From assembly GCA_964016885.1 (NCBI GenBank), contig OZ024741.1:378882001-378946000 (forward strand): DNA of 64,000 nt. Direction: 5' to 3'. Below the pieces are notes generated by a model, which searched no databases, was not told the origin of the DNA, and saw only the letters and a program-made list of their open reading frames with translations. Position 1 is the first letter of the stretch; each line of letters starts with the position of its first letter. The translations under genes and the position numbers were made by a program. Positions 52,418 through 64,000 of this stretch are shown here, piece by piece. This stretch comes from Eledone cirrhosa (Eukaryota).

Positions 52418-55189
52418 ATGTTGGAGAATCAACCGTTACCCATGTCTCTTAAGGGTATCCACTTACCCAGCAGAAAAACCTACCTCAAACACCTTATAGA
52501 TGCCACCAACTCGTTTATACGGAGGGTTAGATGGCAGGCCTACCACCGAGATAGGAACACCCGTAACCTTCCAGAACCTAAAGAGAGGTACGGCTTCAAA
52601 ACATACCGAAACCCATTGCACAGCACCTTGCTAGACGCCTTTGAGGAGGACCTGCTGAAAATGATAAGGAACACTAAGTTCAAGAAGAAACACCGGTGCA
52701 GTAATCCAATATTAACATCCATGGATGCACTCATCACCAAGATCAAGAATGACCCACACCTCTTCGTCACCTCTGACAAAACCAAAAAGCTGTATAAGAT
52801 GGACACGAGCAAGTATAAACAATTGATTTATAAAGAACTACACAAAGACTACGAAAAGACACCCATTAGTATCTTAAATGACATGAATAGTGTAGGGAAG
52901 GATATAGTCACTAGCTTAGAAATAGATAAGTACATAAACCCGTATGTCCCTCTGACGCCTAGATTTTCTCTTAAGGATCACAAATGTAACTTTAATGAAA
53001 GCCCCTCTATTAGACTAATATGTCCCTCTGCATCCGACATAGGTAAGATTAGTAAAGCGATTCTAGATAGAGTACTACTGGAGCTTAATAGTAAAGCTAA
53101 GGTCAGCATCTGGAGCAACACCGAGCAGGTCATTGATTGGTTCACCGAGTTGCCTGATAAAGCGACCCTGAAATTCATCCAGTTTGACATAGATAGTTAT
53201 TACGCCTCTATCTCCCCTATACTTTTAAATAAGGCACTCATCCTAGCTAAATCTAACACTAGCCTCACTAAAAAGAGATAGATATAGTCCTAACGGCGCG
53301 TAGAACCATTATCCAGTTCGAAGGTTCCCACTGGACCCGAACCAACCGTCCTGATAACTTAGATATCACGATGGGATCCAGTGACTCGGCGCATGCAAAC
53401 GACCTGGTCGGAATATACCTCCTCCATAAGTTTAGGGACGAGATACCGGCCCTACAAGGAGGTGTGTATAGGGGCGACGCCTTGTTTACCGTTAGGAACC
53501 ATAGCCCCCGTAGAATAGAGAACCTTAACAAGCACATACACAGGTTCTTCAAGTCATACAGCCTATCTGTAACTATGGACCTCAACCACCAGGTGATCAA
53601 TTTCCTGGACGTGATCCTGGGGTTGAGTAGGGGCCTATACAAGCCATGCCATAAGTCTGGAGAGAAACTTTCGTATATTAATTATGCCTCCAACCACCCT
53701 AAGCAGACTCTCAACTCCATAGTTTATAGCATCTCACATAAGATCTCCAGGCTCTCCGCCAATGAGGATATCTTCAGCCAAGATCCAGGTTACTACAATA
53801 AGGCCTTGATAAGCGCCGTGATTAACCGAAGAATCTCCTACATCCCTAATGCTCTCATAAGACTAACGTTATAGTAAGCCATACCTATAACCGAACGCGC
53901 GGCAGCTTTCAAAGAGTCAGATATTATAGTATAGAAAATCGCACTAGGGAATACGGCCATATTGTTAATTACACTAGCGATAGTATTGGTAGCTTACCAC
54001 ACAATAAGAATCACGACCCCGGTGACAGTGACCACTGTAGCCTACTTGAATTATTCCTTTACTATAAGATCAACGAAGGCGATGACCTACGAACAACGCC
54101 TTCCAACCAGCGTCTTCCTATACATAAACATAGCAGAAAGAAGACGAGTGCACCCGAGCATTAAGCGAAAAGGACACGTAACGGGCTACAGCACAATAAC
54201 ATGCATAAGAACGGTCACCCCGATACTAAAACCCTTAGCAAATGTACAAATACACGGAATCGCCACCGTAACGTCCTATGTTTCCATCCTCCCTACTCTC
54301 GGAGTGTGGTCTCTGACATACCCTGGATGTTCTTCGAAGCCTTAGAGAAGAGCTTCCCACCCAAACATAAGTATAGGAAAATCCGGAATAGGAACAATAT
54401 AAAAATATCCTTCTCTACTATTCCTAACCTAGCAGACATCATAGCAACTAATCACAGTAAGATCACCAAGACACAAAACCTTAGCACCGATACACCTACA
54501 CCTGTCAACAACTATATCGGCCCGGACGACTCCCTAGCAACACCCAATAGTGCTGGCAACAGCCACTACAGACGCAACCAATATAACCGCGACATGACTG
54601 GGGAACATTCAGGTGACTCGCACGGGTCACCGGACGGCAACAGAAGACCCAGCACGCGGTGGGTTATAATGGTATCAACGACAGGTCTAGGGACATAGGT
54701 AACAACATAGATAGCAATAATAATAATAGCCTTACCTTGGGAACTAGAAGGGACGGCGAGAGAAATTGCAACTGCCGTGACAGGGGAAGCTTCCCCCTTA
54801 GGGGTAAATGCCTGACTGATAGTGTCATTTATAGGTGCATCGTAACTAATAGCGTTAAACATTATATAGGGGCTACCTCTGGCCCGTTCAAAAATAAATT
54901 TCGAACACATCTAGACTCTTTCGCAAACAAAAAACTAAGACACTCCACTTCGCTCGCGAACTACATCACAGCATTAAAAGACTCAATCATCAGCTTTTCC
55001 ACGCACTGGGAAATTGTCGGCAGAGCAGCACCGTACAATTTCAAGAGAAATTGTGAGCTTTGCATCATGGAACTCTACGATATCATAACGGCACCCGACG
55101 AGCTCATCAACAGCAGAGCAGAAACGACGATAAACTGTAGACACCGCTTCAAAATATCCTTCTGCAGATGGAATAAGAATGGGGAGTAA
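52418..55189 (+). pseudogene. PLE RT/GIY-YIG ORF with frameshifts
   Basis: MLENQPLPMSLKGIHLPS..FIRRVRWQA, SDKT, LKDHK, QFDIDSYY, MGSSDSA, GVYRGD (catalytic D mutated), NFLDV, FHPPY, CNCRDRGSFPLRGKC, YIGATSGPFKNKFRTH, CELC, CRH. Confidence 0.9.
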
Positions 55190-55566
55190 AAGCGTAAACC
55201 GGGTCGCTCTGCACCAAATGTTAACACCCCGGCGGGCACGCGATGCAAATAACATCCGGAAACGAACCATGCATCCTAGACCCGGCACAAATCGACCCAG
55301 GCGGGCAGGCACAGCAAACAAACATCTGGAAAATAACGTTGAATGCCTGATCCTGTGCGTATCGACAATGGTAAAGCTGCAACTACAAAGTAATGACGGA
55401 TAAAAAGACACATGGAGGAGAATTGCTGCTCTAACACCGGTTAGAGTTATCTCCATTGACCTACTGCAAAATCAATACATGTTTTGTTATGAAGAATGAA
55501 CTGTGACGTGAACTTATTTCTAAAAACCCATTCCGGGTCATGTAAGGAACGCTGTTTAGTTTTCTA

Positions 55567-55608
55567 AGCCCTTGAGAAGCCCTTTCGGGCGAAACGTACG
55601 TAGGTGCT
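55567..55608 (+). ncRNA. Compact hammerhead, U3-A8 core
   Basis: agccc-TTGAGAA-gccc(tttc)gggc-GAAA-cgtacg-TA-ggtgct; AATAAA at 55615. Confidence 0.82.
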
Positions 55609-55822
55609 ATTTTAAATAAACATGTTTAACGGTTTGTTCTCCTCTATATATATATTTCTCCACGTGTATCCGCTCTGCTTATTTTCTCGCCCACTAGATA
55701 TTAACTCTTCTAATATTTAACACTGCAGGCACACGCATTGAACACCCTTTTCATATGCTATTGGCAAATAACTTCATGTATCACCTATTTCTTCTTCTTC
55801 TCTCTCTCGATACTTAATTACT

Positions 55823-55933
<111 letters not shown>

Positions 55934-56679
55934 CGCGTGTAATTGTGTGTGTCCGTGTGTGTGTGTTTGCGCATGGACTCAACTCCCCTCTCCTGTTTGT
56001 TTAAACTGCAACACATACGCTCGTACTTACTTCTCTACCCCTAGTCTGTGTGATCCTTACATCTTCGATTGTAACACGCGGTCGTATTTTCACCCCCTAG
56101 TCATATATGGCTATACTATAGTCTGGACAATACACACTTACAGCTAATACAGCATACAACAAACACACACACACGCCGCTACAATTGCATCCACAACTGT
56201 GTAGGGCACAGCAACCAACACACACAACACACACACACACACACACATACACACACTCACCCCCACCCCACCCCACACACACATACACGCATATATCCAC
56301 ACGCCCACCCACACACACACACACACATACACACACGCAGACACTTTTGCTCACAGCTTCCCATTTATAATCACACATAAACAATCGTTTACCTACATTT
56401 TCCTAGCTTCTTATGGGCGTATACAACCGCACACGCATACACAAATGGACACACGTACAGGTCTATTTACAAAATGGTATTTTGTCTCTTTTAGAAAGAG
56501 ACGTTCAATCAATAATTTAAAAAAAAACTTGATTATCTTACAGAAAACGCCAGCTGTTATAGTTCACCTTGAGATGGTGACATGAATCAATCGATTATTT
56601 GTGTCTAAAAATGTTTGTTTCGTTTCCGTCACAGCCCGTCACCGCAATCCTTCTATTTCTTCTAAAATATATCATTGTA

Positions 56680-56716
56680 TTCCTTGATAAATGATTGACG
56701 TCCGAAACGTTGAGAA
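56680..56716 (+). ncRNA. Degenerate minimal hammerhead, U3-A8 core
   Basis: ttcc-TTGATAA-atga(ttgacg)tcc-GAAA-cg-TT-gagaa. Confidence 0.5.
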
Positions 56717-56857
56717 ACTTTTTCTATTATATCATGCCTAAAACTAATAATCTTTTTTTTCATTGTACTATGTCCATAGATTTGTTACTTCTGGTTGTTG
56801 TTTACATACTTTGCCTTTTGCGAGATTTCTTATCTGAAAGTCTGTGTTCAAACAGAT

Positions 56858-57100
56858 ATTGTTATACTTTGGGAGGGTCATGATACCAATAAAAGCAGAC
56901 GCACCTGGTGGTTTTTACTTCAATTTATTTTAAGTTCCCGATTGGTTGGTTGGTTGGTCCAATAACCAGAAAGTTGTGTATATATTGTCAAATCTCTTTA
57001 TCACTCATTATGTGACCGCCTCAGTGAATATTTTCTCTTTATTGTGTGTCTCTCCTTTGTTCTGTCCTACACCATCTTGTGTGTTGTGTGTTGTGTCACA
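56858..57100 (-). mobile_element. Decayed pLTR fragment of the 20584 family
   Basis: tattgttatactttgggagggtcatg...ggttggttgg...tgtgacc...gtcctacaccatct aligns with 20584-20855. Confidence 0.75.
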
Positions 57101-58183
57101 CAACACACTAAACATATAATGGTGGAGGCTAACTAAGGAGGGGATGCTAAAAAAAAGTGAGAAGGCGCTATATTTGATGCGATATTGAAGTAATTATTGT
57201 AATTAAACCAAATGCGCTAGTATGTTATTGAATCAATCCCTGATGATGGAAGATAAGTGATTTGAAAATATATATGTACGTGGTCGGAATACATATCGCA
57301 ACGTTATCCTGCCCAAGGTTATAATGCCATTGTTATTTCAACTGTTTCGAATATATCATGCAGCTATTCCCGTAGTAAAGCTTTCGTTTCTTATTAATTC
57401 CATAAAATATATTGAATTGTATTGATTCATATGTCATATTGATAACAATTACTCGTATATTGATCACTTTGGGAGAAATCTGCAAAACGCATTTTGAGAT
57501 ATTTCCGAGGGATTCATCCTTTATTCTTCTATATCAAAATGTTATATATTCAAACTCACTGTAAATTGTTACGAAAAGTAACTCAATAGTGTAAAGTACT
57601 GCACTTTCAATTTCTGCTAATGATAAACCCATACATGTCATATTCTCAGAAGTATGTATATGAATATATGTATCAATGTGTATACGTATTTATAAATATG
57701 TGAATATTCAGACATGTATAATCGTGTGTTTTTTTTTGTGTTTGTGTGCATGTGCGCTCTTCATGTTCGTGAATCATTTCCGCTCAAGTAAGAATTGATT
57801 ATTAGAATTTTGATCATCTGTGGGTTTTCATATTATTTAGTTCACTCTAGTCTTTGACTTCTATTTCTCCCTCTCTTTCTTTACAGTCACATATCATTGT
57901 TGAAGGACTGAAATTCTTATTTATTGTAAGAAGATCCAGCTGTCCAATAGTACAATAGTACAATCAGCGAATCTCGAAAGCAGTGAAGAAATTGAGAGCG
58001 TATTCGTTAATTAGGTCTGGGTTAACATTCTTAAATGAGAAAAATGCTGACTTCAATATGTTTGAATATCTTAACATGGTGATATATTGAGAAAAGTAGA
58101 TACACATATTGGGAGAGATATGGCAGAAAATTAAGAGATATAAAGAGTACATCAGATGTTAGAATGGAGAACGATGAGTATAC

Positions 58184-58219
<36 letters not shown>

Positions 58220-58276
58220 ACAGCCTTCTCCATTCTAACATCTGATGCACTTTATATATATATATATATGTATATG

Positions 58277-58320
<44 letters not shown>

Positions 58321-58326
58321 TATATT

Positions 58327-58376
<50 letters not shown>

Positions 58377-58378
<2 letters not shown>

Positions 58379-58547
58379 AACCAGTAAGACCCCGACAGCT
58401 GAGCTCAAGCCGTTTCGAATTAGCCGTCGAAACGGCTTGAGCTCAGCTGTCGGGGTCTTACTGGTTCCTATTACCCACTCTACTACCTCAAGTATTGAGT
58501 ACTTTGGTGCGTTATGGTCCACCTGGTTCCTTACCACATTTCCTTCG

Positions 58548-58550
<3 letters not shown>
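58377..58550 (+). mobile_element. Mini fold-back derivative of the 5104-8374 PLE 3' end
   Basis: ggaaccagtaagaccccgacagctgagctcaagccgtttcg / cgaaacggcttgagctcagctgtcggggtcttactggttcc perfect arms; in (TA)n. Confidence 0.85.
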
Positions 58551-58600
<50 letters not shown>

Positions 58601-58603
<3 letters not shown>

Positions 58604-58828
58604 GTTATTCCGGGTTGAATCGGAAGGTACCGCAGTAAGTAAGGTACTCAATACATTGCAGAGTATAACAGTTTTAATATAGATGAGATTATACAGGACT
58701 AGAACTGTTTCATTCTTTAGAAATCATCAGGAATATAAAAACACAGCTTTCTCCATTCTAACATCTGATGCACTTTTTATATCTCTTAATTTTCTGCTAT
58801 ATCTTTCCCAATATGTCTATCTACTTTA

Positions 58829-58884
<56 letters not shown>

Positions 58885-59053
58885 TATATAGATAGATAGA
58901 TATAGATATAGATATATATATATAGTAATAATAATACATTTGAAGACTAAAATCCAAAGACAATTCGATATTATTGTTTCAGAAGATCCCGTTAAGGGTG
59001 AAAGAACCGATTATTTGTTTAAACTTTAATCTGTTATTTTAATAAATAAGTAA

Positions 59054-59105
<52 letters not shown>

Positions 59106-59330
59106 GTTATTCCGGGTTGAATCGGAAGGTACCGCAGTAAGTAAGGTACTCAATACATTGCAGAGTATAACAGTTTTAATATAGATGAGATTATACAGGA
59201 CTAGAACTGTTTCATTCTTTAGAAATCATCAGGAATATAAAAACACAGCTTTCTCCATTCTAACATCTGATGCACTTTTTATATCTCTTAATTTTCTGCT
59301 ATATCTTTCCCAATATGTCTATCTACTTTA

Positions 59331-59378
<48 letters not shown>

Positions 59379-59547
59379 TATATAGATAGATAGATATAGA
59401 TATAGATATATATATATAGTAATAATAATACATTTGAAGACTAAAATCCAAAGACAATTCGATATTATTGTTTCAGAAGATCCCGTTAAGGGTGAAAGAA
59501 CCGATTATTTGTTTAAACTTTAATCTGTTATTTTAATAAATAAGTAA

Positions 59548-59555
<8 letters not shown>
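58601..59555. repeat. ~502 bp near-identical tandem duplication spanning two repeat fragments and microsatellites
   Basis: tacgttattccgggttg at 58601 and 59103; identical duplicated ORFs at 58683 and 59185; 58092-58171 is a diverged inverted copy of part of the unit. Confidence 0.9.
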
Positions 59556-59641
<86 letters not shown>

Positions 59642-59675
59642 TTATTTATATATATATATGTATATATATATATAC

Positions 59676-59733
<58 letters not shown>

Positions 59734-59840
59734 ATATATGTATATATATATATATCTATATATATATATATATATACATATATATGTATTTATGTATATA
59801 TATGTACATATATATATATATGTACATATATGTGTATATA

Positions 59841-59942
<102 letters not shown>

Positions 59943-60060
59943 ATATATATGTACATAATATATACATATATACAAATATCCGCCAAAGTGAGACAATTGT
60001 TCTCGGTTTGCTGAACTAACTGTTGTGTCACCACTTCTCTATATACAGTATATATATCTA

Positions 60061-60129
<69 letters not shown>

Positions 60130-60131
60130 TG

Positions 60132-60166
<35 letters not shown>

Positions 60167-60355
60167 CCACACACACATACATACACACAACCACATACTT
60201 ACAACCCCCCCCCCCCCCCCACACACACACATACATATAAATATGTATAATTTTAAAATTAGGATAATAGAGAAGGCGAAGTCAACGGGAAACCAGTCGA
60301 ACGCCACAGTACTCGACTAAGTTTCTAATAGTACACCTGGGCACACAAATAAACT

Positions 60356-60422
60356 CTGTCTGAGGAGCTCATAGCTGTTGCATAACAGTTATCACCGAAA
60401 TATATATAACAGCGACTTTTAA
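60356..60422 (+). ncRNA. Hammerhead (stem II base partly decayed)
   Basis: ctgt-CTGAGGA-gctc atagctgtt(gcat)aacagttat cacc-GAAA-tatata-TA-acag; followed at 60472-60544 by the aataaattgaagtg...gaccctc...ataacaat terminus. Confidence 0.65.
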
Positions 60423-60820
60423 TAGACGAAGTTAATTATAACATGTTGACTTATACTTCTTGTTTGTATATAATAAATTGAAGTGAAAACAAACAGATGC
60501 ATGTGCTTTTCATTGGCAGCATGACCCTCACAAACCATAACAATATATGTATATATATATATATATCACGATAAATTAACGCAGCCATAGACTCTCGCTA
60601 TTGCCTGTCATTAATGTGCTCAAAGGAGAAGGAATCCCGGGCCCTTTAGAATACAACATGTAGAAAGATAACACAAAAGCTAGAGAGATATTGCGCCATC
60701 AGTCAAACAGGGAAAAACCACCAGTGTATGAAATCTATAGCCCATGGAAGGCAAAGAAGACACACAATAATTAAAAGTATAAATCAAAGTGCAAACACAT
60801 ACCTTAATAACTATCTAACA

Positions 60821-60901
60821 CACACGTACAAATCCAAAAGAATCTGTTTCATCAACTAATTTGTTGACAGACATTATTAGCCTATGATACATCAGCGTGT
60901 G
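60821..60901 (-). ncRNA. Hammerhead (A9 mutated)
   Basis: Reverse complement: cacacg-CTGATGT-atca...tgat-GAAA-cagattcttttggatttg-TA-cgtgtg. Confidence 0.65.
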
Positions 60902-61381
60902 TAAGGCTATACATTTCAGACAACACTAAAATAATCTAAAGCGACCGTCCAGCCCCACGTGGGAGAGAGAATTCACAGCGTGCCTAGGGCATAACCAGGG
61001 TTCTCTGAGGGACGAGCTGCTAGAGAGGGCAGCCCAAACCACTCAGAGAAGTGTGCTTAACCAAATAGAGAGATAGCAGAGACTGTTATAACGAGGGAAA
61101 TGACACGATAAATTAACGGAGCCATAGACTCTCGCTATTCCCTGTCATTAATGTGCTCAAAGGAGAAAGAAATCCCGAGCCCTTTATAATACAATATGTA
61201 GAAAATTAACACACCAGAGAGAGAGAGAGATAGTGTGCCATCAGTCGTCCCTCAGAGCTCAGCTGCTCGTCCTTCAGAGTCAACTTGTTACTGCCCTAGC
61301 CACGCTGTGAACTCTCTGTCCCACGTGTGGCTGGACGGTCGCTTTATATTATTTTATTGTTGTCTGAAATGTATAGCCTTA

Positions 61382-61462
61382 CACACGTTGATGAACCATA
61401 GGCTAATCGTTTCTGTCAACAAATTAGCTGGTGAAACAGATCCTTTTGGATTTGTACGTGTG
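61382..61462 (+). ncRNA. Hammerhead with full 7 bp stem III (C3 mutated)
   Basis: cacacg-TTGATGA-acca..gctaat...attagc tggt-GAAA-cagatcc(tttt)ggatttg-TA-cgtgtg. Confidence 0.72.
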
Positions 61463-61625
61463 CGTTAGATAGTTATCAAGGTACGTATTTGCACTTTGAT
61501 TTATACTTTTAATTATTGTGTGTCTACCTTGCCTTTCATGGGCTATAGATTTCATACACTGGCAGTTTTTCCCTGTTTGACTGATGATGCACTATCTCTC
61601 TCTCTGGTGTGTTATTTTTCTACAT

Positions 61626-61675
<50 letters not shown>

Positions 61676-61686
61676 GCGTGTCTGCA

Positions 61687-61732
<46 letters not shown>

Positions 61733-61736
61733 TCTG

Positions 61737-61789
<53 letters not shown>

Positions 61790-61832
61790 CTGTATAGATA
61801 TATATAGATATATAGAGAGAGAATTCTGTATA

Positions 61833-61864
<32 letters not shown>

Positions 61865-61865
61865 A

Positions 61866-64000
61866 TTCTTCGCTAATAAAAGTAATGAGAGTGATGAATC
61901 ACTAGTAAAGAATAAATCAATATTCACTCCGCCAAAAGGAAGAACTATTTATCTCGAGCAATACATTGACATCCTGTCTAAATTTCCTAGGCCAAACATT
62001 AACAAATCAGAAATGTCTGCACTTAAAAGTATACAAAATGATAAAACAATAATAATTAAACAAGCAGATAAAGGGTGTGCAGATGTTATAATGGATCCTG
62101 AATACTACAACTATTTGATTGAGGAACAACTCAAAGACAAAACATTCTATCATGAAAAACCGTTAAATATAGACCACAGCATCATGAAGAAGATCAACAA
62201 CCTGGCTTCAAAATACCACAACTCGCTTACTGATAAGGAAAGAGACTAACTACATCACCAATTTTGAGCCCAAACCCAGAAACCTGTATGGCCTACCGAA
62301 AGTTCATAAGTCAAAAGAAATCCAACTGGCAGTAAAAGAACAAAACATTGAGCACATTAAATTACTACACCCAAAATACTTAAAACTTAGACCTATTATA
62401 GCTGGTCCAATATGCCCTACCCACCGTCTAAGCAATTTTGTTGACATTATTTTGAAACCACTATTTATTCACATACCCAGTTTCATCCGGGATTATATCG
62501 ACTTCCTGTCCCATCTTCCCCAAACCACGGAAACGAATTCACTTCTACTTAGTTTTGATGTGGTAAGCCTTTACACCAACATTACACATGGTTTAGGAAT
62601 AAAGGCAGTAAAATACTGGGTGGAAAAACATAGAGAAGTGATTCCCACCAGATTCAAAGCGCCATTTATATTAAACGCAGTGATACTTATTCTGGAAAAC
62701 AACGCTTTCTTCTTCAATGAAAATAATTACATCCAAATTAAAGGCCCAGCGATGGCAACGAAGTTTGCTCCCGTTTACACAAACTCTGTAATGGCATACT
62801 TAGAACAACAACTCTATCAAGAAATAGAGGAAAAATATAGCACTGACTTTAGAAAGTACATTGAAAAATCTTGGAAGAGATACCTTGTCGACTGTTTCAT
62901 CATCTGGACAGAATATTTAGATACTCTGGATGAGTTCAATATCCTCCTGAATAACCTACACCCATCTCTCAAATTCACAAAAGAGATGAGTAGTACCAAA
63001 TTACCATTGCTTGATATAATGGTAATCACTAACGACACCACCATTACCACGGATATATATTATAAACACAGAGACACCCATCAATATCTGAATTGTACGT
63101 CGTGCCAGCCACCTCATACAAAACGCAACATCCCATTCTGCCTATCCAGAAGAATTTGTACCATTGTAGAAGATACGAATACCAGGAACAACCGCCTACC
63201 AGAACTGAGAGAATGTTTGCTCAAACAAAAATACCCATCTCTACTTATAGAAAATGGCATACAGCGGGCTATAAAAATACCTATACAACAACTTAGGACA
63301 ACTCAAGGAAGAAGAAACCAAGAACTGTTAATACCATTTATAATGACACACAACCTAAGTCACCAGAATATCTTCAACACTACCAAAGCAAACCTAGCGA
63401 TCATTGCTCAAAGTAATGAAATAAAAGGCTTAATCACAGACCAATCTATGACTCTTAGTAAAAGACAGCCGAAAAATGTGAAGCAATTACTAACAAAAGC
63501 AAAGTTTGACCTTAACAACAAAGACCAATTATTCACTGTATCTAAATGCAATGATAGTCGATGTGGCACATGTCAATCCATACACATCGGTCAATATATG
63601 AACACAAAAACTGGAGATAATATTCCCAAATGCAAATATGAACTGCAAAAGCAGAAATCTAATTTACTGCATTAAATGCCCGAATTGTGAAGAATTATAT
63701 GTCAGTCAAACTGGAAATGCACTATCGGAACGTGCACGGGTGCAACGACATCAAATCAGAGACCCAAATGTCTGTCAGCAACATGTGGTCAGAAAATATT
63801 TATAATATTTCCATTCTACAAATTACACAGCCCACGGGAAATCAAGAGTAAAATCAAAGAAAAGAATTTTATTGATAAATTCCAACCCAAGCTAAATGAA
63901 CAATAATAATAGGGGATTACTCCTACTATGACTATGACTACGACCATGTCGACTACCACCACTGCTAACAACAACAGCAACAATAATAATAATAACTGGT
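61866..64000 (+). mobile_element. Second Neptune-type PLE copy (disrupted ORF to 63906; runs off window)
   Basis: IIIKQADKG, LYGLPKVHK, RPIIAG, SFDVVSLYTNI, WKRYLVD, CNDSRCGTC; colinear with 35597-37200; follows interrupted (TA)n. Confidence 0.9.

Larger units (their letters stand above)
52171..55821 (+). mobile_element. Near full-length Naiad-type PLE with ~160 bp direct pLTRs (52218-52378, 55664-55821) and a 47 bp inverted piece (52171-52217 = rc 55457-55503)
   Basis: Direct and inverted repeats seen; ORF and HHR inside; ends in (TA)n. Confidence 0.9.
60567..61632 (-). mobile_element. ORF-less HHR element: 537-bp unit (60567-61103), partial repeat (61104-61246) and inverted arm (61247-61632)
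   Basis: cacgataaattaacg recurs at 60567 and 61104; 61247-61632 is the reverse complement of ~60650-61030; (TA)n on both flanks. Confidence 0.8.

Noticed and set aside
56860-57130. TG...CA ends and tggtggag as an LTR plus tRNA primer-binding site
   Set aside because: Only an 8 nt match, no gag/pol; homologs carry HHRs and fold-back structure typical of PLE pLTRs
58691-58740. Minus-strand CTGATGA-hairpin-GAAA as an HHR
   Set aside because: No stem I complementarity around any UH

Overview
AT-rich eukaryotic (metazoan) DNA with no recognisable host gene. A tRNA-derived SINE resembles the abundant Octopus SINE as I recall it, so a cephalopod origin is likely but is inference. The window is a pile-up of retroelements inserted into (TA)n microsatellites. 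It holds five Penelope-like elements (PLEs) with Naiad-type RT, CxCx5Cx5C zinc finger and GIY-YIG (one has an uninterrupted 756-codon frame and ~2.97 kb inverted arms), two Neptune-type PLEs, one Tx1/L1-like LINE and SINE fragments. The main signal, invisible in the ORF track, is about 28 type I hammerhead ribozyme (HHR) motifs in about 13 sequence families, found by eye and including degenerate copies. They include U3-A8 core variants, an extra-nucleotide variant and 50-116 nt stem II insertions. Several sit in ORF-less tandem units of ~284-322, 537, 538 and 654 nt that look like retrozyme/circRNA-type non-autonomous elements. Most short ORFs in the track are microsatellite artefacts.
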